Below are positions 21,871 to 31,370 of a stretch of DNA of 64,000 bases, piece by piece (position 1 is the first letter of the stretch; each line of letters begins with the position of its first letter). The stretch lies in the NCBI GenBank assembly GCA_016721305.1, contig JADKIH010000001.1, forward strand, positions 192,091-256,090, read 5' to 3'. The notes beneath the pieces are model-generated. The model was given only the letters and a program-made list of their open reading frames with translations. It had not been told where the DNA came from and ran no database searches. Source of the stretch: Bacteroidota bacterium (GTDB taxonomy: Bacteria; Bacteroidota; Bacteroidia; AKYH767-A; 2013-40CM-41-45). A program made the translations under genes and the position numbers.

Positions 21871-21896
21871 ACTGTAACTTTATTACCTCAATAACG

Positions 21897-21935
21897 AAAA
21901 AGGATCAGAGAGAAATTTCTGATCCTTTTTTTTGT
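21897..21935 (+). terminator. Rho-independent terminator of smc
   Basis: ggatcaga-gagaaatt-tctgatcc hairpin followed by TTTTTTTT. Confidence 0.75.
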
Positions 21936-22189
21936 TTGAAGCATCTCCAATTTACTTTTCAAATCGGAGCAACATCCCTGGTAATTAATTTATTGAACAA
22001 AGTCATCTAAAGAATTAATTCACCATCGGCCTCGAATCCATTACAAAAACCGCTTAAAAGCTATCTCACCGAACCTTCATGCGAAGGGCTTGCTTATTAA
22101 TGGATTGCGGAATATTATCGGAAGTATTAATTTATCGACCTGATACATACGTTTCAAGGTTCGCATAGTTTTATCCGAATGCCGTAACC

Positions 22190-23230
22190 CAAAAACATGC
22201 GAGTTCGCTTTTCGGGTGATGCCATTACGTTCCGGCAAATCCCGCGACCGCTTACTACCATTAGGTCCTTTAGGGCCTACCAATTCCGAATGCATTTTTC
22301 ACCTAAGGAATTCGACACGCGCAATCGAGATATACTGAAACTTTAGACTGCCGAAGCAATTGTCACATACGTTGCGCTAAAAGAGCTCGCCCCTAAAGGG
22401 GCTTCCTGTACGCGTGTAGTCCAGTGTTACCAAGAGTTCGGCCCTAAAGGGCCTGCTACTTCGAAACGCGCTCTTACAGTGGAATATCTTTACAGCTACA
22501 TTCCATGCAGGAATCTTTAAGCTATCGAAGAAATGGACACATACGTTGCGCTAAAAGAGCTCGCCCCTAAAGGGGCTTGCTATACGCGTGTAGTCCAGTG
22601 TTACCAAGAGTTCGGCCCTAAAGGGCCTGCTACTTCGAAATGCGCTCTTACAGTGGAGTATCCCTACGGTTACTATTCCATGCAGAGATCTTTACACTGT
22701 CGAAGAAATGGACACACGCTTCCGCTCAAAGAGTCCGCCAGAAATTCCAATAAGTTCCGGCAAATCCCGCGATCGCTTACCACTATTAGCCCCTTTAGGG
22801 GCGAACTCTCGGTAACAAGCATCTAAACGAAAACACTAAGCCCCTTTAGGGGCGAACTCTAAAAGGGGCTCGCTCTTCGCGTGTAGTTCGGTGTTACCAA
22901 AAGTTCGGCACTGAAGGTCCTGCTACTTCGAAATGCGCTCGTAAAGTGGAATATCTCCACGGCTATCATTACATGCATGGATCATTACTCTGTCGAAGAA
23001 ATGGACACACGCTTCCGCTCAAAGTGTCCGCCAGAAATACCATTAAGTTCCTGCAAATCCCGCGATCGCTTACCACTATTAGCCCCTTTAGGGGCGAACT
23101 CTCGGTAACAAGCATCTAAACGAAAACACTAAGCCCCTTTAGGGGCGAACTCTAAATGAACTCGCTGTTGACATGTAGTTCAGTGTTACCAAAAGTTCGA
23201 CGCTGAAGGGCCTCTTGCCTTCATCAGTAC
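22190..23230. repeat. Degenerate tandem-repeat array (2 units of ~182 bp, then 2 units of ~280 bp) rich in short GC hairpins
   Basis: Units begin acatacgttgcgctaaaagagctcgcccctaaaggggc at 22365 and 22547, and acacgcttccgctcaaag at 22729 and 23008. Each ends ctgtcgaagaaatggac. Hairpins GCCCC-TAAA-GGGGC, GGCCC-TAAA-GGGCC and GCCCC-TTTA-GGGGC recur. Confidence 0.75.
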
Positions 23231-23342
23231 TTTCAGAAAACACAAAGCAGGTGAACGACGGAGAACTTGAAAAACCTTTAAACCATTCTAGTCTATTCGT
23301 AACTATGATACCGGAAACTCAAAGTAACTCTTCCCTGCGGTC

Positions 23343-23374
23343 AAAAAAAAAGAGGCCCTGAGGCCTCCTTTTCG
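23343..23374 (-). terminator. Rho-independent terminator downstream of the 23401..24640 gene
   Basis: gaggcc-ctga-ggcctc hairpin with a 9-nt T-run on the minus strand (A-run on plus). Confidence 0.6.
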
Positions 23375-23400
23375 TATAGTAATTTGAAGTTGATACTTGA

Positions 23401-24640
23401 TTACGGGTGAATGGCAAAAACACCGGCTGCATTATTTAAATCGAAATACGGATAGTCATTCGGATCTACGAAACCATCACCATTCAGATCAGACGCAAGA
23501 TAATCGCAGCATAGACCTGCTGAGTTTTCCGCATCGTAGATTGGATAGTCATTCGGGTCAACGAATTCATCCTGGTTGATATCTCCTGCATAGAGTGCGA
23601 ATACACTTGGCTCTACTTCAATAGCATTATCGCCCATTGTTGCTGAGCTCGAAGAAGTAAAGTCGATGCTTGATAAGGAACTGTTGATTGTAATCGGGTT
23701 AGCGCTCCACACCAAAACAGAATTACGATGCAGTACGGCTACGTAATAAGAGTTGCCTGGTAATAGCCGGAAGTGTAACCGAAGCTGTACCATCAACTTT
23801 GAGAACACCACGAACAGAAGCATCCACGATAGCCGGATTAGCTTCACGGTGTAACTCAACAGTAATACTATCGGCTTGTTCGTATGATACGCTCTTTACT
23901 GACTGATTCAACAATACGCTTTGCATTGTTGCTGAACCCATGTAGAATCCTTGTAGGTAAGCAGTCAATTGTAAAATTGGGAAGCAGTTTCCTGTATTGG
24001 CTAAAGTTGAAACCGGAGATCTGCCATCGGCATCCGATGTTGCATAAGTTTCCGTGTTGAATTTTGCTACACCGCCATAAGTACGTGCAGGGTAGAATAA
24101 TTCGTAGTTAGTCGTACAACCCGACTCTCTCCATGAGAAAGAAGTGCGCAGACGAAGAGGACTATTATTCTGTACGTAATTAAATTTCATGTCAGGCGTT
24201 GCGCAACCGAAGCTTGTAGAATTGGTTGCACGAATGCGTGCAATACGAACAGCATCAACATTTCCAACCAGTGTAGAAACACAAGTTGATGGTGATGGTT
24301 TCACATTGTAATTTACAGAGCAGTTGATCACCTTATCTGTAGAATTCCATTGATAACTTCCGTTATATCCCGGATAAGAAAGTTCAGAATAACCGGGCGC
24401 AGTCGACAATGCGAGTGTACCGCCGTTCCAAACTGAGTTAACATAGATCCCTGCCTGGAACGTACGCAAATCAAAAGAAGTGGTAGCTCCGCTGGCTTTA
24501 GCCATGATATCAAATTCATATATGCCTGGCGATATATACTGTGCATGATCAATATAAAATGACGCACTTGGATCAACAGCAAATGCACCACTTGCTTTCA
24601 TGATCGCTAGAGAAAGCAAAGTAAAAATCCTTTTTAACAT
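23401..24640 (-). CDS. Secreted protein (~410 aa, 2 overlapping ORFs) with a C-terminal dockerin/EF-hand-like module shared with the giant adhesin
   Basis: Signal peptide MLKRIFTLLSLAIMKASGAFA. C-terminus ...AYLQGFYMGSATMQSVLLNQ...YYVAVLHRNSVLVWSANP...GDINQDEFVDPNDYPIYDAENSAGLCCDYLASDLNGDGFVDPNDYPYFDLNNAAGVFAIHP is homologous to the C-terminus of the 31371.. ORF. Confidence 0.5.
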
Positions 24641-24896
24641 GAGTAGTATGTGTTAGGTCTGTCGATATAGCAGGACAGCACAGATTATTTTCCATACTAA
24701 TATACAGCAAAACATGTGTCCGGCCAAATATTTTTAGCTTTTCTGCATGAAAAAATTCTTGCTTCCTCAACCAACCCCTCTGCCATTACCACCCCCTAAA
24801 AACAAACGCCCCTGATTGTTATTTAATTGGCTTATAAGCCACCCTCACAGATAAGTAAGTAACTGCTCACCACTAAAGCCCTTCGGCCGGCCGGAA

Positions 24897-24942
24897 GCAA
24901 AAAAGCAGCCTCTGCGCCCTTTGAAGGCGAGAGGCTGCTTTA
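24897..24942 (-). terminator. Hairpin with T-run (minus strand); second terminator-like element below the adhesin gene
   Basis: agcagcctctgcgcc-ctttgaa-ggcgagaggctgct; the minus-strand read gives the stem followed by TTTTTTG. Confidence 0.45.
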
Positions 24943-25224
24943 CATACCAATCTTAAATCAGTTTACGAAATAAGGGAACTAAGATCCGCCATGGCGGATA
25001 TACCATTCTCTGTTCATATTTTTAATTAGGAATGGCATAATTGCCGGAAAGTGAAATCCTTCAGCAAATTGAAGAGGAGTCAAGAGCAGACGCGGGTAAG
25101 ATTGACCGCACTCCCCTGCCCTAATTCCTGAGCACTTTAATATCCGGGAGACATGAATGGGAAAAGACGACTAAAATGCCCTCCCCCTATCCTTTGGCTT
25201 TCCGCACCCAACTGCTATAGCTAT

Positions 25225-25266
25225 AAAACGACAAGTCCCCCTAAAAAGGAGGACTTGTCGTTTTAT
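25225..25266 (-). terminator. Rho-independent (bidirectional) terminator of the T9SS adhesin gene
   Basis: aacgacaagtcc-loop-ggacttgtcgtt, 12-bp stem with a T-run on both strands; 18 bp past the stop at 25284. Confidence 0.65.
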
Positions 25267-25283
25267 TCTGAAATCAGAGTTGA

Positions 25284-28200
25284 TTACTCAACTACAAGGC
25301 GAAGTGTTTGAGACTGGCCATCTTCAGCTGTTAAGCTAACCATGTACAATCCTTTAGCCACCTGGCTCATGTCGATTTCTTGAGTGTTGTAACCTTCAAC
25401 AGCAGTGATTACATCGCTAACGATAACATTACCTAAAAGGTCTGTTACTTTCACTACATATTTAGCTTTTGCACCTGCAGTGAATGCTACAGTTGCTTTG
25501 CCATTTGTAGGGTTAGGGAATGCTGTCAATTCAGTTGCAGTAGCCATAGCATCTTGAGCATCACGGCAGAACAAGCTTACGCTAACAGTTACACCACGGA
25601 GATGAAGCACCACAAGCATTCAATGCGTTAGCACGAACGATTGCTGATGAGCTCAGAGCTGTATTGTAGTAGTTAACGATAGCTGAAGTTCCAGATGGAG
25701 CGATTGAAGCACCACCAGTTACTGACCATGAGTAAGATGTTGCACCTGCTACCGGAACTAAGCTATAAGTAACCGCAGACTGTGATTTACAAACTGCTGT
25801 AGGACCTGTAACAACTGGAGGAGCAGGACGTGAAGTAACTGTGTAACAACGAGCAACACCTGAACCACAAGAGTTATTTGCAGTTACGCAAATGTTACCC
25901 TGAGTTGTGAATGCACCTGTGAAGTTAACAGTGATAGACAAGCCTGAGTTAGTAACGATACTAACACCTGCTGGAACTGTCCATGAGTAAGAAGTAGCAC
26001 CGGCAACAGCAGCGATTGAGTAAGTCACGTTAGACGTACCACAATTTGCGAAACCTGGACCAGTGATAGAACCCGGTTGAGTTGGAACGAATTTCACAAC
26101 GAATGAACGGCTATAAGTACCGCAACCGTTACCTACAGTGATTGTCACTGTTCCTGAAGTCCAAGATGGTCCCATTGCGAATGTAGCAGAAGTTGTTGTT
26201 GAAGTCTGACCTGATGTAACCAGAGTTGCACCACCTGTGATAGACCAAGTGTAAGTTGAAGCACCCGGTACTACAGGCATTGTGTAAGTAGCAGTGTTGT
26301 TAGCACATACAAACTGAGGACCCGTAACTGCATTAGAGTGAGTAGGGATACCTGTGATAGTCATACCACGAACCGGGCTAAGACCATAGCAGTTTGAACC
26401 ACGAACCTGGATTGAACCTTGTCCGAAACCTGCAGGAACTGAAACTTGAACTGTGTTAGTTCCCTGACCACTTACGATAGATACACCTGTACCGGTTACA
26501 GTCCAGATATAGCTAAGTGCGTTAGCAGAAGTTGTAGAGTAAGTATAAGTTCCAGGACCACAAGCTACAGCCGGACCAGAGATAACTGCCGGTTGAGAAG
26601 CGTAAGTAGCGATAACCGGAATGCTCATACAAGACTGTAAACCTGTACCACAAAGGTTAACCGCAGCTACACAGATGAATCCACCTGCATACGTGTTATT
26701 GAATGCTACAGTGATACTGTTTGTTGTAGAAGAACCAGTTGCGCCTCCAGGGAGTGACCATACATAAGATGTTGCACCAGCAACCGGAGCTACTGAGTAA
26801 ACAATACCTACTGAGTTACGGCAAGCACCTGATGGACCAGAGATCGCACCCGGAGTTGCAGGAGAACCACCTGAACCACCTACAGTAGCTGAAGCAGAAC
26901 CTGTACAACCGTTACCGTCAGTGATAATTACTGTGTAAGTTCCGATTGCAAGACCTGTTGCAGTTGCAGAAGTCTGACCATTTGACCAGAGGGTAAGTAT
27001 AAGAACCTGTACCACCTGTTGCACTTACAGTTGCAGTACCATCGCTACCAGCACAGCTAGAAGCTGTTGTAGTTGTAGTTCCTTCAACTTTAGCAGGCTG
27101 AGTTAATGTTACAGTTACAGAAGCTGAACAACCGTTAGCGTCAGTTACACTGTAAACTGCTGTACCTGCGAATTGAGTAAACACGCCTGTACCAACGTAA
27201 GCCGGTGTACCATCAGCTGCTGAAATAGTAACTGAAGTTGAACCACCGAAGCAAGCAATTGTTCCTGCAGAGTAAGAAGCAGTAAGAACAGCTACCGGAG
27301 CAGCTACGCCTGAACCTGGAGCAGAAGGACAACCATTAGCAGTTGCAGTTACTGTGTATGTACCTGCTGTGCTAACAGTGATACTAGATGTTGTTGCACC
27401 ATTGCTCCACAGTAATGAACCTGAAGCTGATGTAGACAATGTAGTCGTTGCATCACAGTTGTTAACCACAGTTACAACCGGAGTTGCAGGAGTTGGGTTG
27501 ATTGTCAACGCAAGGATCTCAGTGTGGCAACCTACTGTGTTAGTATAAGTACCAGATGCAGTATAAGTAGAACCGTTTACTGACCAAGTGTAAGTATCAC
27601 AAGCTGAAGCTGTAGTTGTGTTAGATGTACTTGGAGTGATTGTCAACACGAGGATTTCTGTGTGGCAACCTACTGTGCTAGTATAAGTACCTGAAGCAGT
27701 GTAAGTGTTACCGTCTACTGACCAAGTGTAAGTATCACAAGCTGAAATTGAAGTTGTGTTTGATGTACTTGGAGTGATTGTTAACACGAGAACTTCTGTG
27801 TGGCAACCAGTTACTACTGAATAAGTACCGCTTGCAGTGTAAGTTGTACCGTTTACTGACCAAGTGTAAGTATCACAAGCTGAAATTGTAGTTGTGTTAG
27901 ATGTACTTGGAGTGATTGTCAACACGAGGATCTCAGTGTGGCAACCTACTGTGTTAGTATAAGTACCGCTTGCAGTGTAAGTTGTACCGTTTACTGACCA
28001 AGTGTAAGTATCACAAGCTGAAATTGAAGTTGAGTTAGATGTACTTGGAGTGATTGTCAACACGAGAACTTCTGTGTGGCAACCTACTGTGCTAGTATAA
28101 GTACCGGAAGCAGTGTAAGTGTTTCCGTCAACTGACCAAGTGTAAGTATCACAAGCTGAAATTGTAGATGTGTTAGATGTACTTGGAGTGATTGTTAACA

Positions 28201-31200
28201 CGAGAACTTCTGTATGGCAACCAGTTACTACTGAATAAGTACCTGAAGCTGTGTAAGTAGTTCCGTTTACTGACCAAGTGTAAGTATCACAAGCTGAAAT
28301 TGTAGTTGTGTTAGATGTGCTTGGAGTGATTGTCAATACGAGTACTTCTGTGTGGCAACCTACTACATTAGTATAAGTACCAGATGCAGTGTATGTGTTA
28401 CCATCTACTGACCAAGTATAAGAATCACAAGCTGAAATTGTAGTTGTGTTTGATGTGCTTGGAGTGATTGTTAACACGAGAACTTCTGTATGACAACCAG
28501 TTACTACTGAATAAGTACCTGAAGCTGTGTAAGTAGTTCCGTTTACTGACCAAGTGTAAGTATCACAAGCTGAAGCTGTAGTTGTGTTAGATGTGCTTGG
28601 AGTGATTGTCAACACGAGGATCTCAGTGTGGCAACCTACTGTGTTTGTATAAGTACCAGACGCAGTGTAAGTGTTACCGTCTACTGACCAAGTGTAAGTA
28701 TCACAAGCTGAAATTGTAGTTGTGTTAGATGTGCTTGGAGTGATTGTCAACACGAGGATCTCTGTGTGGCAACCTACTGTATTAGTATAAGTACCAGAAG
28801 CTGTGTAGTCTGTACCGTTTACTGACCAAACATAATGATCACAAGCTGAAATTGTAGTTGTGTTAGATGTACTTGGAGTGATTGTCAACGCGAGGATCTC
28901 AGTGTGGCAACCAGTTACGAATGTATAAGTACCACTTGAAGTGTAAGTGTTACCGTCTACTGACCAAGTGTAAGTATCACAAGCTGAAACTGTAGTTGTG
29001 TTAGATGTGCTTGGAGTGATTGTCAACACGAGGATCTCAGTGTGGCAACCTACTGTGTTAGTATAAGTACCAGAAGCTGTATAGTCTGTACCGTTTACTG
29101 ACCAAACATAATGATCACAAGCTGAAATCGAAGTTGAGTTCGATGTACTTGGAGTGATTGTCAACACGAGAACTTCTGTATGGCAACCAGTTACTACTGA
29201 ATAAGTACCTGAAGCTGTGTAAGTAGTTCCGTTTACTGACCAAGTGTAAGTATCACAAGCTGAAGCTGTAGTTGTGTTAGATGTACTTGGAGTGATTGTC
29301 AACACGAGAACTTCTGTGTGGCAACCTACTGTGCTAGTATAAGTACCTGAAGCAGTGTAAGTGTTACCGTCTACTGACCAAGTGTAAGTATCACAAGCTG
29401 AAATTGTAGTTGTGTTAGATGTACTTGGAGTGATTGTCAACACGAGAACTTCTGTGTGGCAACCTACTGTGTTAGTATAAGTACCGCTTGCAGTGTAAGT
29501 TGTACCGTTTACTGACCAAGTGTAAGTATCACAAGCTGAAATTGTAGATGTGTTAGATGTACTTGGAGTGATTGTCAACGCGAGGATCTCAGTGTGGCAA
29601 CCAGTTACGAATGTATAAGTACCACTTGAAGTGTAAGTGTTACCGTCTACTGACCAAGTGTAAGTATCACAAGCTGAAATTGTAGTTGTGTTAGATGTAC
29701 TTGGAGTGATTGTCAACACGAGAACTTCTGTGTGGCAACCTACTGTGTTAGTATAAGTACCAGAAGCTGTATAGTCTGTACCGTTTACTGACCAAACATA
29801 ATGATCACAAGCTGAAATTGTAGTTGTGTTCGATGTGCTTGGAGTGATTGTCAACACGAGGATCTCAGTGTGGCAACCTACTGTGTTAGTATAAGTACCA
29901 GAAGCTGTATAGTCTGTACCGTTTACTGACCAAACATAATGATCACAAGCTGAAATTGTAGTTGTGTTCGATGTGCTTGGAGTAATTGTCAGATTGAGGA
30001 TTTCTGTATGGCAACCTGAAACTGAAGTATGAGTTCCGCTTGAAGTGTAAGTGAAACCATCTACCGGCCATGTGTAAGAATCACAAGCTGAAATTGTAGT
30101 TGTGTTTGATGTACTTGGAGTGATTGTCAACACGAGAACGTCTGTGTGGCAACCAACAACATTAGTATATGTTCCGCTGGCAGTGTAATCAGTGCCATTT
30201 ACAGACCATACATAATGATCACAAGCTGAAATTGTAGTTGTTGTTGAAGAACTTGTAGTGATAACAAGGTTCAGGGTATGAACTACAGAACAACCATTTG
30301 CGCCATCATTTGTAGTCGCAGTGTATGTTCCTGACTCAGTATACGTTTGTCCGTTTACAGGCCAGAAATAAGAATCACAAGAAGAGATAGACTCAGTAGT
30401 TGTTAATTGAGCAGGCTGACCAATTGTTACCGTAGCTGTAGATGTACAACCAGGAGTGTTTGGATCTGTAGCAGTAACTGTGTAAGTACCTGCAGCAAGA
30501 CCTGAAGCAGTAGCACCTACTTGTTGTGGAATTGTACTCCATGTATAAGTAGCAGCACCTACAGAACCTGTAGAAGAAGCTGTAGCAGTACCATTAGAAC
30601 CACCGAAGCAAGTTGGTTGAGTTGAACCTTCAATTGAAGCGCTGATTGCACAAGAACTTGGAATAGACATTGCGCAAGGAGTAGATAATGTCTTAGTTAA
30701 TGCTGTAGCTAAAGATACTGTAGTAGCACAGTTTAAGAACATGTTAGCAGAAGCAGTTGTAGCCCAAGTTAAACCAACGTTGGCTCCCGGGTTAAATCCC
30801 TGGCCAAGAGTGTTTGAAATTGTTAAACTGAAACGACCAATTTTCTTAGGAACACCAATCGGAAGTGATGGTGCAACACCATTACAAGAACCGTTACCGT
30901 TGTTCGCATAAGCAGTAGTACCAGAACCTACCGACATCTGACGAACAGCAGCCGTATAAGTAGCAGTAACTGTAGATGTTGGAGGCCACATCAAAGGAGC
31001 ATCCGAAAGTCCATCCTGCACATAAGCAAAGGTGAATGTGTTCACACCTGTTGTTGGAACCAAACCCGTAGCATGGGTCAAACGAATAGTGGCAGCCTGA
31101 AGATTCAGAGCGCCCGGCCCGGTATTAGTTACCATCACATCAAATGAAATTACATTCGATGTAGCCGTACAGTTTGCAGTAGACAGTGTGTAACCCTGCC

Positions 31201-31282
31201 CACTCGACGTCGCCAGTCCCGTCAGAAAGACGAGAAGAGTCATAAGAACTCCTCTGGTGAATAAGTGCGTACTTGTTTTCAT
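25284..31282 (-). CDS. Giant (~2000 aa) T9SS-secreted repeat adhesin, 3 ORF pieces (26918..31282, 25582..27024, 25284..25619), with ~21 tandem 46-aa repeats, SprB-like Cys-containing repeats and a canonical T9SS type-A C-terminal sorting domain
   Basis: Signal peptide [28 protein letters not shown]. Repeat unit [46 protein letters not shown]. C-terminal [13 protein letters not shown]...[13 protein letters not shown]...[25 protein letters not shown] is the classic Por secretion CTD. Confidence 0.7.
27470..30390. repeat. ~21 near-identical 138-bp tandem repeats inside the adhesin coding sequence
   Basis: The DNA reads agtgattgtcaacacgag(g/a)a(t/c)ctc(a/t)gtgtggcaacc... with a 138-bp period; the protein period is 46 aa. 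Confidence 0.85.
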
Positions 31283-31325
31283 GTATTGTTTGTTTAGTTA
31301 TTTGTTGATTTTCTCTTTATGAAAT

Positions 31326-31368
31326 AAAAGTCGGCAGCAGGTTGCAGCCTGCTACCGACTTTATTTTT
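31326..31368. terminator. Bidirectional rho-independent terminator after the giant adhesin gene
   Basis: agtcggcagcagg-ttgcagc-cctgctaccgact hairpin (one mismatch) flanked by T-rich runs on both strands, between the stop at 31371 and the next gene start at 31282. Confidence 0.6.
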
Positions 31369-31370
31369 GA

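Noticed and set aside
22190-23230. Possible CRISPR array
   Set aside because: Units are 180-280 bp with internal hairpins and no alternation of short identical repeats with unique spacers; no cas genes nearby.
24880-24945. Resemblance of ccggaagcaaaaaagcagcc to the SRP (4.5S) RNA domain IV motif CCGGAAGGAAGCAGCC
   Set aside because: Only a short partial match. The flanking sequence forms a simple terminator hairpin and lacks the complementary 5-prime/3-prime closing helix of ffs.
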